Assembly (NCBI GenBank): GCA_047947115.1
Contig: CP170459.1
Location: 5,696,001-5,760,000 of the forward strand
DNA: 64,000 nucleotides
Origin: Verrucomicrobiota bacterium
Lineage (GTDB): Bacteria > Verrucomicrobiota > Verrucomicrobiia > Limisphaerales > AAA164-E04
Reading direction: 5' to 3'
Positions 40,488 to 50,212 of this stretch are shown piece by piece. The notes under the pieces are model-generated. The model did no database searches and had not been told where the DNA came from. It saw only the letters and a list, made by a program, of their open reading frames with translations. The first letter of the stretch is position 1; every line of letters starts with the position of its first letter. The position numbers were made by a program, and so were the translations under genes.

Positions 40488-41459
40488 TCATCCAGCCTTT
40501 GCAGCAGAACGATGGCCAGCCATCATGAAATCGAGGTAATAAGCCAGTTGCTCCTTGAGCTCCTTCCGAGGCACGATGGCATCAATCAAGCCGCGGTCCT
40601 GCAAAAACTCTGCAGTTTGAAATCCATCCGGCAAATCCGCCTTGGTGGTGTCTTTGATGACGCGAGGCCCTGCAAAACCGATGCGCGCCCCGGGCTCGGC
40701 GATGATCAGGTCCCCCACACTGGCAAAGCTCGCCATCACTCCTGCCATGGTGGGATCTGTCAGCAAACTGATGAACGGTAATTTTCGCTTGCCATGATAA
40801 GCCAAAGCACCACAGGTCTTGGCCATCTGCATCAAACTGAACATCCCTTCATACATACGCGCACCGCCACTCGTGGAACAGATAATCACCGGCAATCCCA
40901 GTTCGGTCCCTTTTTCAATGACGCGTGTCAGTTTCTCGCCGACCACCGATCCCATGGACCCACCGTTAAAACTGAAATCCATGACCCCCAGTGCGATTCT
41001 GTGATGTTCCATCTGACCGAGCCCGGTGATCACAGCATCCTTCATGCCGGTCTTCTGCTGATTGGCTTCCAACTTGCTGAGATATCCCGGAAACTCCAAC
41101 ACATCGACACTCGACATATCGGCATCCATTTGCTCAAAAGAATCTTCATCCACAAGTAGATGGACCCGGTCCCAGGCGGTCAACATGAAGTGATGCTCAC
41201 AATGGCGGCACACATTCAGGTTGGCCTCGAGTTCCTTTCGGAAAACGGTTTCTTTGCACTTGGGACATTTCGTGAATGTGCCCTCAGCAATCATCCGTTT
41301 TTTGGGTCCACCGGAAACGGGCTTGGGCTTTTTCAGCATCGACTGATCCGGGGCGGAGGACGGCGGGGTTACCATCGGCTCCTTGCTTTCCACTCCAGGA
41401 ATACGTCGGGTAAAAAACTTTGTTTCGTTCTTATCGCTCTTTTCAGGACGTTCGCTCAT
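40488..41459 (-). CDS. accD: Acetyl-CoA carboxylase carboxyltransferase beta subunit
   Basis: CPKC..CRHC zinc finger, GGSMGSVVGEK, SGGARM, GFAGPRVI. Confidence 0.97.
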   Translation of the reverse strand: MSERPEKSDKNETKFFTRRIPGVESKEPMVTPPSSAPDQSMLKKPKPVSGGPKKRMIAEGTFTKCPKCKETVFRKELEANLNVCRHCEHHFMLTAWDRVHLLVDEDSFEQMDADMSSVDVLEFPGYLSKLEANQQKTGMKDAVITGLGQMEHHRIALGVMDFSFNGGSMGSVVGEKLTRVIEKGTELGLPVIICSTSGGARMYEGMFSLMQMAKTCGALAYHGKRKLPFISLLTDPTMAGVMASFASVGDLIIAEPGARIGFAGPRVIKDTTKADLPDGFQTAEFLQDRGLIDAIVPRKELKEQLAYYLDFMMAGHRSAAKAG

Positions 41460-41514
41460 TTTTATCGGTATGAAATTTTAAGGATTCATGACAGGTTCCG
41501 GCCGGCTTCGAGGA

Positions 41515-42282
41515 TCAAATTCCCAAGCCCCTGGCCAAGGTCCGAACCGAGACTACCCGGACGCCCGCTTTCAGCAGGACCTTCGCGCATGCGTTGGTGG
41601 TAGCGCCCGTCGTCAACACATCATCAATCAACAGAACACACTTGGAAGTCACCGCTTTGTCTCCAGTAACACAAAAGGCATTGGCGACGTTCTCGGCACG
41701 TTCACTGCGATTCAGCATAGTTTGCGAGGGCGTGGGTGCAATCCTTTTCAACACTTTCCCGTAAAAGGGCAAATCCAGTCCACTCGCCACTTTTTCCGCC
41801 AAAAGCGCCGATTGATTATATCCGCGTTCCCGTTGACGCACGGAATGCAACGGGACCGGCAATACACAGTCCCAGTTCTGCCGCATGTGATCATTGGACA
41901 ACATTTCCAGAAACAATCGTTCAAACAAGGGTTCCAACCACAAACATCCCTGGTATTTGAATCGGTGCAACAAATCCAGCATCAAGGTTTTGGCAACCAC
42001 ACTGGATTTTGCGGATTCAAAGAAAAATCGAACTCCATGACAGTTGGGACATTCGAAGCCCGACGAGATCTCTCCATCAAAAGGCAGCCCACAGCGTCGA
42101 CAAAACGGGGACTGGATACGACGCAGCGATCCGACGCACCTTTCACACACATAACCCTCTCCGGCAGAAGCAGCCGCATCCATGCAAACCTGACATACAT
42201 CGGGAAAAATCAGTCGCAGAGGCGCTTCGATCCATGTCCTGCATGTGTCAGCTAAGTTTTTGAGATGGAGAATCCTGCTCAC
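41515..42282 (-). CDS. comF: ComF family protein (double zinc ribbon plus PRTase domain); start uncertain
   Basis: Four CxxC motifs, PVPLH..RGYNQS, IDDVLTTGAT. Confidence 0.92.
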   Translation of the reverse strand: MSRILHLKNLADTCRTWIEAPLRLIFPDVCQVCMDAAASAGEGYVCERCVGSLRRIQSPFCRRCGLPFDGEISSGFECPNCHGVRFFFESAKSSVVAKTLMLDLLHRFKYQGCLWLEPLFERLFLEMLSNDHMRQNWDCVLPVPLHSVRQRERGYNQSALLAEKVASGLDLPFYGKVLKRIAPTPSQTMLNRSERAENVANAFCVTGDKAVTSKCVLLIDDVLTTGATTNACAKVLLKAGVRVVSVRTLARGLGI

Positions 42283-42411
42283 CAGTTCGCTTTCTTCCCT
42301 GTCCTGGTAATAAAAAACCTTGATCCAGCCAAGGTCTAAAACTAACACTTTGCGACATGCAGAATCATCATTTGAATCCAATCAAGATCTGGCGCACAGT
42401 CTCCCCGTGAC

Positions 42412-43275
42412 ATGTTGAAGTTTTTTGGCAACAAAGGGGGATCGGATGACTCCCCGACTGGGCCAGGCCCATTTGGTCCTTATCAACTGCAGGAACTGAT
42501 CAATACCGGCGGTATGGCGGACCTTTGGCTGGCGACCAATCCGGAAGGCCAGACCGTGGCGGTGCGCCTGCTGCTTTCAAAACTGAAAGGTGATGGCATT
42601 GCGCGCAAACGATTCATCGCAGGTTGCGAGATACTCGCTGCAGTGCATGATCACGAATATCTCATTCACTACGTCGAGCATGGCAAACTGCAGGGCCAGC
42701 ACTTCCTCGTCATGGAGTACGTGGAGGGGCTGAACCTCAAGGAAGCGATGGCGGAAGAGACCATGGACCTCAGCGACCTGATCGGCAACATCCTGATCGA
42801 CAGCGCCGAGGCTCTGGAACACGTCCATGACTGCGGCTACATGCACCTGGATTTCAAACCCGAAAACATTCTGGTCTCCCGCAACGGCAACGTGAGATTG
42901 CTGGATTTCGACCTTTCACAACCCCGCCCTGAAACACCGGTCAAACTTCAGAAAAACCCGGGCACACCAGCCTACATGGCCCCAGAACAACTGCAACGCG
43001 AACCCATTGATCATCGGGTGGATATTTTTGCATATGGTGTCATGGCTTATGAGGTTTTGACCGGACAAAAACCCTTTCAAGGAAGCACCCCGGACGAAAT
43101 CCTCCGCAGACAAATCCACCGAGGCAGCGAGTTCAAAACACCAAGAGACCTGAACCCACACATCCCGGTTGCTCTGGAAAAAATCATTCTGAAGGCCATT
43201 GAAGCAGACCCCAACAAACGGCATGGACATATCAGTGTGCTTTTGCATGAATTAAAGACCGCACTTTACGTCTGA
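42412..43275 (+). CDS. Hanks-type Ser/Thr protein kinase domain protein with atypical motifs
   Basis: GGMA loop, HLDFKPEN, GTPAYMAPEQ, DIFAYG; but VAVR and DFD. Confidence 0.9.
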   Translation: MLKFFGNKGGSDDSPTGPGPFGPYQLQELINTGGMADLWLATNPEGQTVAVRLLLSKLKGDGIARKRFIAGCEILAAVHDHEYLIHYVEHGKLQGQHFLVMEYVEGLNLKEAMAEETMDLSDLIGNILIDSAEALEHVHDCGYMHLDFKPENILVSRNGNVRLLDFDLSQPRPETPVKLQKNPGTPAYMAPEQLQREPIDHRVDIFAYGVMAYEVLTGQKPFQGSTPDEILRRQIHRGSEFKTPRDLNPHIPVALEKIILKAIEADPNKRHGHISVLLHELKTALYV

Positions 43276-43355
43276 TTCTCCAGGTATTTTTGCCTTTCGT
43301 GGAACCCCGGAATGACCTATCTTTCCGGTCGAATTCCAGAACATACAATCGAAAC

Positions 43356-44672
43356 ATGAAAGCAAGCACAGCCCTGGTAATCTTGATGGGTCTCGTACTA
43401 TTGACCCAATCCACACACGCCGCCAACTGGCCGCAATGGAGAGGACCTCACTTCAACGGTTCCACCGAAGAAAGCAACCTGCCCTTACAGTGGTCCAAAA
43501 CGGACAATCTGGCCTGGACGAGAGACCTGCCCGGCAGCAGCGCCGCCACACCAATCGTCTGGAACGACAAGGTGTTGATTTCGACCACAGATGATGCGGA
43601 TGAAACCCTGCTGGCCATGTGCCTGGATCGCAAAACAGGCCATACCATCTGGTCCAGCAAAGTGGCCACCGGGCTAAAAAGGGACAGCCGCAGCAACTAT
43701 GCCTCTCCATCTCCGGTGACAAACGGGAAACAAGCCATTTTCTTCTACGGCAACGGTGAGATGGTTGTTTTCGACATGGACGGCAACAAACTCTGGGGCA
43801 CCAACATCCAAAAACGTTGGGGCGATTTCTGCTTCCAATGGACCTTCAGCAGCACACCGCTGCTATACGACAACACCCTTTTCCTCCAGGTCTTGCAGCG
43901 CGATGTTCCCGTGCACGGCAAAGGATTCAGTGATCGCCCCAACGAGTCCTACATCGCAGCCTTTGACCCGGCAAACGGCGACTTGAAATGGAAGATCACG
44001 CGCCCCAGCAAAGCGCAGGCAGAGTCGCTGGAATCCTTTACCACTCCCATGCCTTACACTCATGATGGTCGCACGGAAATCCTCATTCTCGGGGGAGACG
44101 ACATCACCGGTCACGACCCGACCACCGGCAGGGAACTGTGGCGCTGGGGCACTTGGAATCCCTCACGCATCGGGCATTGGCGGTTGGTCCCATCGCCCGT
44201 TGCAGGTGACGGTATTGCACTGGCCTGCGCCCCCAAGCGAGACCCTATTTACGCAGTCAAGCTGGGTGGAAACGGCACCTTGACCGATGATGCCCTGGCT
44301 TGGGTCAGCCGTGACGATCGCAACTTAAGCTCGGACGTTCCCACGCCGGCTTTTGCACACGGCGACTTTTTCATCCTGAGTGATGTTCGCGGAGCGCTTT
44401 CCCGCGTTGAATCCAAAACCGGCAAAATTAAATGGAGCACCGAACTCCCTGGCCGCAGCAAATATGAAGCGTCTCCAACGGTGGCAGACGGCAAGGTTTA
44501 CATCATGAACTTTGCCGCCGAGGTGGTGGTTCTGGACGCCGAAACGGGCGAAATCAAGTCCAACATTCCCATGGGTGAACGCGGGGATGATATGACACGT
44601 TCAGCCATCGCGGTCTCTCACGGCAATTTATTCATTCGCACCAACAGCAAACTTTACTGCATCGGAAAATAA
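43356..44672 (+). CDS. Secreted PQQ-binding-like beta-propeller repeat protein
   Basis: Signal peptide, NWPQWRGP, repeated SP/TP..G..W blades, LFIRT..LYCIG. Confidence 0.9.
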   Translation: MKASTALVILMGLVLLTQSTHAANWPQWRGPHFNGSTEESNLPLQWSKTDNLAWTRDLPGSSAATPIVWNDKVLISTTDDADETLLAMCLDRKTGHTIWSSKVATGLKRDSRSNYASPSPVTNGKQAIFFYGNGEMVVFDMDGNKLWGTNIQKRWGDFCFQWTFSSTPLLYDNTLFLQVLQRDVPVHGKGFSDRPNESYIAAFDPANGDLKWKITRPSKAQAESLESFTTPMPYTHDGRTEILILGGDDITGHDPTTGRELWRWGTWNPSRIGHWRLVPSPVAGDGIALACAPKRDPIYAVKLGGNGTLTDDALAWVSRDDRNLSSDVPTPAFAHGDFFILSDVRGALSRVESKTGKIKWSTELPGRSKYEASPTVADGKVYIMNFAAEVVVLDAETGEIKSNIPMGERGDDMTRSAIAVSHGNLFIRTNSKLYCIGK

Positions 44673-44694
44673 CATGTTTTCAATTACAAGTATC

Positions 44695-45432
44695 ATGAAA
44701 AAAAAGTTCGGAAAGCTCAGTCTCACAACCCTCGCTGTCTTGATGTCTATCTCAGCACACCTGCAGGCAGCGGAATCATCGGATAAGAAAAAGGACCAAG
44801 CGCCCCCCATTGTCACTCCGGGTGAAAATGGGTCAGCTCCATCGGATGCCATCGTGCTCTTTGACGGGTCAAATCTGGATGAGTGGCAAAGTGGAGACGC
44901 TGCCGCCAAATGGACACTTCTAAAGGCTGAATCTGCCATGGAGGTTAAGAAAGGAACAGGAGTGCTCCAAACAAAAAAAACATTCGGTGATGTACAGTTA
45001 CACATCGAATGGGCAACCCCCAGCGAGGTCACAGGATCGGGGCAGGGCCGGGGAAACAGTGGCGTTTACCTGCAAGGTCGCTACGAAATCCAGGTACTGG
45101 ACTCATTCAACAACGAAACCTATTATAACGGGCAGGCGGGTGCCTTCTACAACAATGCAGCGCCGCTGGTCAACGCATCACGTCCTCCCGGCAAATGGCA
45201 GACCTACGACATTATTTTCGTGGCGCCTAAACCACAAGAAGACGGTTCCGTCAAACCAGGTTCCTTCACCGTGCTACACAATGGCATCCTGATCCAACAT
45301 CAAACCCCCATCACCGGGAAAGCCTCAACCGCGGCCGCCTACTCAGGTGCGACACCCAAAGGTCCGCTGGTTTTGCAGGATCATGGAAATCCGGTTCGGT
45401 ATCGCAACATCTGGATTCGCGAATTAAATTAA
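44695..45432 (+). CDS. DUF1080 / 3-keto-disaccharide hydrolase family protein
   Basis: PSDAIVLFDG, GRGNSGVY, YEIQVLDS, LQDHGNPVRYRNIWIR. Confidence 0.92.
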   Translation: MKKKFGKLSLTTLAVLMSISAHLQAAESSDKKKDQAPPIVTPGENGSAPSDAIVLFDGSNLDEWQSGDAAAKWTLLKAESAMEVKKGTGVLQTKKTFGDVQLHIEWATPSEVTGSGQGRGNSGVYLQGRYEIQVLDSFNNETYYNGQAGAFYNNAAPLVNASRPPGKWQTYDIIFVAPKPQEDGSVKPGSFTVLHNGILIQHQTPITGKASTAAAYSGATPKGPLVLQDHGNPVRYRNIWIRELN

Positions 45433-45477
45433 AAAGACTCCTCACTTTTTAAAATTCAAGGACGGCTTCGAACAGGA

Positions 45478-46524
45478 TCATTCCTGAGCCTTCGAAGCCG
45501 TTTCTCTTTTCTGAACCTGATGTATCTCCAACAAAGCCAAGGTGGCCCAGGCGGACGTGGAGATCCATTGCGCATGGCTTTCCTCCCCTGATGGCCGCGT
45601 GGTCTCCCGCCAGCTTCCATCCGGCAACTGCTCGGCAATGAGGAAAGACAAACCACGGTTCATGATCATGGCAATCCGCTCGTCCCTGGCATGCGGCAAC
45701 ATCGCGAGCAAGGCCAGTGCCGTATCAAACACTTCCGGAGGCCGGTGCGGGTAAGGCCCCCACCCACCAAGTGTGGTCTGCGAACGCATCAAATACTCCA
45801 ATCCAAGCACGGCATCCCCTCCTGCCTGAACACCGCTTTCACGAATGAACATAAGCTTGGCGGCGGTTTGGGAAACATTTTCCATAGACATGTTGCGCAG
45901 AAACCCGGACGCCATGCGAACGGATTCCTTCGTATCCTCTATGGGAGCATGATTCAAATAGATCCAGGCTTTCAAAGTGGCCAGCGCATTTCCGGGTGCC
46001 GCCGGTGAACCAAGCGAATCCTGTTTTTCGATCACCCAGTTACCGTCAGGAGTTTGATGATCCAGCAGCAGACGTGCCACTGATGGACTCCATTTGTCAC
46101 CTGGCAATAGCCCGGCATCAATGGCCCGAACCAACGCCGAAGCAAATTGTATGTCCGCCAATTGTTGATCACCGACATTGGGATCTCCCTGCTGCTTGTC
46201 CCATCGCTCGGGATTCGAAAGCCAATCCACAGTCGATGCCATGGAACCAGCCTCCACACCCCAACCAAACTGTTTTGCCCTGAACAATGCCTGGGCTGCG
46301 TCACTGTTGTTATGACACGAAAAACAACCATTCTCCTTCGGCCAGGAGGAAACCTGTTCTTCCAGGAAATCCAGGGCCAACCGGGTGGAATCCACCAATT
46401 GTTTGTTCGGAAACGGCCCTGACAAACTTGCAGCCCGCATGGTATGCAGGTTCTCAACCATCCAGGCAACCACCAAGATGCAGCTAAATAACATCCTTGT
46501 TCGCATGGGACTCAACTTACTCAC
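45478..46524 (-). CDS. Exported prenyltransferase/squalene oxidase repeat protein with N-terminal CxxCH
   Basis: Signal-like N-terminus; CFSCHN; QW-like repeats QTPDGNW, QTTLGGW, QLPDGSW. Confidence 0.75.
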   Translation of the reverse strand: MSKLSPMRTRMLFSCILVVAWMVENLHTMRAASLSGPFPNKQLVDSTRLALDFLEEQVSSWPKENGCFSCHNNSDAAQALFRAKQFGWGVEAGSMASTVDWLSNPERWDKQQGDPNVGDQQLADIQFASALVRAIDAGLLPGDKWSPSVARLLLDHQTPDGNWVIEKQDSLGSPAAPGNALATLKAWIYLNHAPIEDTKESVRMASGFLRNMSMENVSQTAAKLMFIRESGVQAGGDAVLGLEYLMRSQTTLGGWGPYPHRPPEVFDTALALLAMLPHARDERIAMIMNRGLSFLIAEQLPDGSWRETTRPSGEESHAQWISTSAWATLALLEIHQVQKRETASKAQE

Positions 46525-46627
46525 CCGGGAGAGGATGAAAAAGCATTAATAATGACTGGCACAAGGAACCGAAAAACTACAAACCCAACCATGGAACACA
46601 ACCCCATGATGTGCTAAGATCGATCCC

Positions 46628-47149
46628 ATGCAGTCTCTCAATAACAAAATGAAAAGATACATCCAGGGGTGGATCATCGCCTTCTCTTACCTGGCAAGCT
46701 TGACTGCCCTCCCTCCTCTGTTGGCTGATCCTGAATCTCCGTTGGCAGGCATGGAGAGATATAAAAACCTGACCAAAATCCAAATCAAAGGCAACATCGT
46801 ATGCCTCCATGAAGCGATGAACAAGGAATTCGGCATGAACATCCCAACCGTCCATGACCATGTTTACGGATTCAAAACAGAAGAGGGCACCTTCTACCTC
46901 TTTCTGAAGAACAACCTGTCGGCTGCCGTGTTTGATGACGAGCGCGTGCGCGATCGGGAACTCATCCTGTCCGCCTGGCTGTTCCCCAAATCAAACATCA
47001 TCGACATCGTCTCCATGAAATCCGTCAAAGATGGAGTCCTCCACGACCTCTACTACTACTGCGTCATCTGCGCCATCCGCTCCGCTGTCCCGGGCCCCTG
47101 CATGTGCTGCCAGGATGATGTGGAGTTTGTCGAAAAGCCGTTGGATTGA
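46628..47149 (+). CDS. Exported Cys/His-rich hypothetical protein
   Basis: Signal peptide; VCLHE, HDH, CVIC..PGPCMCC. Confidence 0.75.
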   Translation: MQSLNNKMKRYIQGWIIAFSYLASLTALPPLLADPESPLAGMERYKNLTKIQIKGNIVCLHEAMNKEFGMNIPTVHDHVYGFKTEEGTFYLFLKNNLSAAVFDDERVRDRELILSAWLFPKSNIIDIVSMKSVKDGVLHDLYYYCVICAIRSAVPGPCMCCQDDVEFVEKPLD

Positions 47150-48149
47150 TTTTTTTAGACAGCCACCTGCTCACCCAATCCTTCATCGACTGCCACATCG
47201 CGTCGGAACATCCGTGCCCCACACCTTGGATCAGTTCTGACCTGAATGCCTCCGCTTTGTTGTAAAGCTCGTAGATCCTGCTCACTTCTTTTTCGGTCGT
47301 TCGGATACCCGGTAGTGGGGATAATCCATCCTCCATACCGTTCATGCATAACAAAGGTCGAGGCGCCGCAAGGGCGAGAATGGACTCCAGATCGCAGTAT
47401 TCCATGAGTCCAGGAACAAAGAAATACATCCCATGCAGATTCAGCGCCCTGGCTTGCACTAAATCCCGATAGCGCACCATGCAGGCAATGGCCACTCCGG
47501 CGACCAACTCCTCTTCGAAAGCCATCAACCATTGGGTGCGTGTGGCGCCCATGCTCATCCCGGCCGCAGCAATGCGTTTGGCATCGACCTCGCGACGTTG
47601 CTGCAAGTAGCGAAATGCTGTCCGGTCATCCCAAAGTATCCGCCCCCACAACGTGCTACCCTGCCAAAGAAAAAATTTGAACAAACTGTGCTCCCCCTCC
47701 TGTTCAAAGTCCTCACACGTCTCAGCGCCCGCACCATGACGCTCTCCAAAACCAAAAGTATCCACACAAAGCACGGACATGCCCATCTCAAGAAAACATT
47801 GAACCGGCGACTCGGGCGTGTGACGATTCTCAAACAGTTCGTCCTTTCCCACCTCATACTCACCTCCATGCCAATGACACCACAAAACGGCGGGACCGGG
47901 CTCGACAACATTCTTCGGAGCTGCATACCAGGCGGGCATGCCCGTCTCGGTTCCATTATCAATCCGGAGTTTCTCCACAACACCAAGCGTATGGTCCTGA
48001 CGCCATAACACCTCGGCTTCGACTGTTTTCGGAATGCACGGAAGACAACCCAGATGACGACCTATTCCCTCGCGTATCTCCTCCCGATGCTTCAGCCATG
48101 TTGCGTGATCGGAGGCGCACTGACTCAAATCGATCAAAGGAGGCTTCAT
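47064..48149 (-). CDS. Alpha/beta hydrolase (dienelactone hydrolase/acetyl esterase-like)
   Basis: HWHGG, GMSMG nucleophile elbow, APRPLL..D..H; ATGA-coupled to the upstream gene. Confidence 0.88.
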   Translation of the reverse strand: MKPPLIDLSQCASDHATWLKHREEIREGIGRHLGCLPCIPKTVEAEVLWRQDHTLGVVEKLRIDNGTETGMPAWYAAPKNVVEPGPAVLWCHWHGGEYEVGKDELFENRHTPESPVQCFLEMGMSVLCVDTFGFGERHGAGAETCEDFEQEGEHSLFKFFLWQGSTLWGRILWDDRTAFRYLQQRREVDAKRIAAAGMSMGATRTQWLMAFEEELVAGVAIACMVRYRDLVQARALNLHGMYFFVPGLMEYCDLESILALAAPRPLLCMNGMEDGLSPLPGIRTTEKEVSRIYELYNKAEAFRSELIQGVGHGCSDAMWQSMKDWVSRWLSKKINPTAFRQTPHHPGSTCRGPGQRSGWRR

Positions 48150-48946
48150 GGAGTAAAACATTTCCCGAGGGCATCCTTCATAGGGTTCGCCCCCCGTTCA
48201 CAAAAACCCATGTGCGCATGGGGGCGCCAGCCTTCGGCACATTCAAACATACCGGATTGACGTCCCATCTCGCGCGTCGTTTTCTCCATATCCTTCAGAT
48301 AGGAATCCATTCCCTGGGAAACATCCAACCATTCCTTCTGGCTGGCATGTGCTGAAAGAGCCGCGCGCTTTCGTTCCATCAAATCCCCGACATCCACAAA
48401 CATACGGGCCTTCACGGGATCCCCGAAACCATCCACCAGTTCATGTGGCATGGCGTGATAAAGGGTTACTTCCTGAGAGACGGGTGACACCGGTGGGTCG
48501 GTTTGATAATTGGGCATCCCCCTTGCAAACGCCGCTGACACTGCCAGTCGACAGGCATTCATGTGGTCCTCCATGTAATCCACAGGGGAGTGAATCAACA
48601 AGATTTCCGGAGCCACCTGCCGGATGATTGCCGCCAATCGACGCAACAAATCATCGTTGTAAAAAACCTCCAGATCTCCCGTCAGAGGCGGGTACCACTG
48701 CGCGCCCAATATTTGCGCCGCCTTCCGCGCTTCATCGGCACGTATGGCGGCGGTGGTTTGGGCGTCATGCTCCAAACTTCCACAGCAGCCATTGGCAATG
48801 TTCATGTAATGCAACTCCCATCCCGCTTCCCCAAGCCGCATCAAAGTCCCCGCCATCATGAACTCAATGTCATCCGGATGCGCGGCAATGGCCATGGCTT
48901 TCCGCTTCCCCGCACCTAAAACTGCTGCAGATTTCGTCTTATCCAT
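48146..48946 (-). CDS. PIG-L/LmbE family deacetylase
   Basis: AHPDD, R..EA, DH, HASQ. Confidence 0.92.
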   Translation of the reverse strand: MDKTKSAAVLGAGKRKAMAIAAHPDDIEFMMAGTLMRLGEAGWELHYMNIANGCCGSLEHDAQTTAAIRADEARKAAQILGAQWYPPLTGDLEVFYNDDLLRRLAAIIRQVAPEILLIHSPVDYMEDHMNACRLAVSAAFARGMPNYQTDPPVSPVSQEVTLYHAMPHELVDGFGDPVKARMFVDVGDLMERKRAALSAHASQKEWLDVSQGMDSYLKDMEKTTREMGRQSGMFECAEGWRPHAHMGFCERGANPMKDALGKCFTP

Positions 48947-48973
48947 GACTAGGAAATGGATATCTGACAGAAC

Positions 48974-50002
48974 CTAAGCAACCTTGACTGGTTTTCCGGT
49001 CTTGGCAGACCGATCCGCAGCGAAGATGATTTCGTGCGATCGAAGGGCGTCATCAATGTTTGTCAAAGGCATCGGCTTATTCTTCTTCAGCGCAGCGAAG
49101 AAGGCCTCAAATTGTGTCTGGTAAGGATGATCCGACACATCCCCGCTATCGAGCATCTTCATCGAAAGTTCGCTCCACCGGGTCTTGTCCAACCCACCCA
49201 TCTTTGAACTGTGCAATTTATTGTCCAGCAAACTGCCTTCGCTTCCAACCAGGTGGGTGTGGAAATAGTAAGGTTGAATAGAGTCAATCACCGAAGCCAC
49301 TTTACCGATCCGGCCGTCCTTGAACTTCAAAAGGGTCACGCTGCTGGTGTCGTATTCGTAGGCTTTGAAATCCTTGTTCTTCGACCCGGTCGAAAGACTT
49401 TGCACCGATTCAACATCAGAGCCCATGCAGAGCAACAGCGCATCCAAAGCGTGACATCCCGCAGACAACAGACTACTGCCCCCGGCATCCTTCCTGGTAT
49501 TCCAACGATACTGACCATACCAGGGACCGATGCCGTGATAATAATCAATTTCGCCATAATGAATTTCCCCGAGTAATCCCTGGTCAATGATGGCCTTGGT
49601 GGTCAGAAACTGGCTCGAATATCGGCACTCGAAACAAATGCAGGACTGCACCTTGGCCTTCTTCACCGCGTCGCGTATTGCCACACAATCCTTCCATGAA
49701 AGCGCCATTGGTTTTTCGAGAATGATGTGCTTGCCCGCCTTGGCGGCAGCCACGGCATGCTCGCGATGCTGGTAGGGATAACTACAGATCGAAATCACAT
49801 CCAGATTGGGATCCTTCAGCATGGCCTTGAGATCCTGGTAACACTGAATGTCACTCCCGTGCGTGGCACTGACCTCCGCTGAATCCAATGACCTGGAGGA
49901 AAACACCGCTGTGACCTGTGCATTGGCCGAAGCATTAATGGCCTGAATGTGCGCTCCCGCCACCCAGCCGTAACCGATGATACCGACATTAAACTTTTTC
50001 AT
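48974..50002 (-). CDS. Gfo/Idh/MocA family oxidoreductase
   Basis: GYGWVA, GKHIILEKP, GCHALD. Confidence 0.92.
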   Translation of the reverse strand: MKKFNVGIIGYGWVAGAHIQAINASANAQVTAVFSSRSLDSAEVSATHGSDIQCYQDLKAMLKDPNLDVISICSYPYQHREHAVAAAKAGKHIILEKPMALSWKDCVAIRDAVKKAKVQSCICFECRYSSQFLTTKAIIDQGLLGEIHYGEIDYYHGIGPWYGQYRWNTRKDAGGSSLLSAGCHALDALLLCMGSDVESVQSLSTGSKNKDFKAYEYDTSSVTLLKFKDGRIGKVASVIDSIQPYYFHTHLVGSEGSLLDNKLHSSKMGGLDKTRWSELSMKMLDSGDVSDHPYQTQFEAFFAALKKNKPMPLTNIDDALRSHEIIFAADRSAKTGKPVKVA

Positions 50003-50212
50003 GGATGCAATATGACAATTGGAAATATCACCTACCATAGACAACCCCGACTCCCAGGACAAGAACGAGCTGAGGGAAAGATATTTCCAGACAGGGTGAA
50101 CAAAAATTGGCCGAACGTGATGGCTCTCTCGCAGCTGCTTGTCGCGCAGCTGCGAGACAAAGCACTCAATCAGGAGATCGACGAACGACAGTCATTTGGC
50201 ATCAGGTAGAGA

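Noticed and set aside
45478..46524. Squalene-hopene cyclase
   Set aside because: About half the expected length, no DxDD motif, and it has a signal-like leader.
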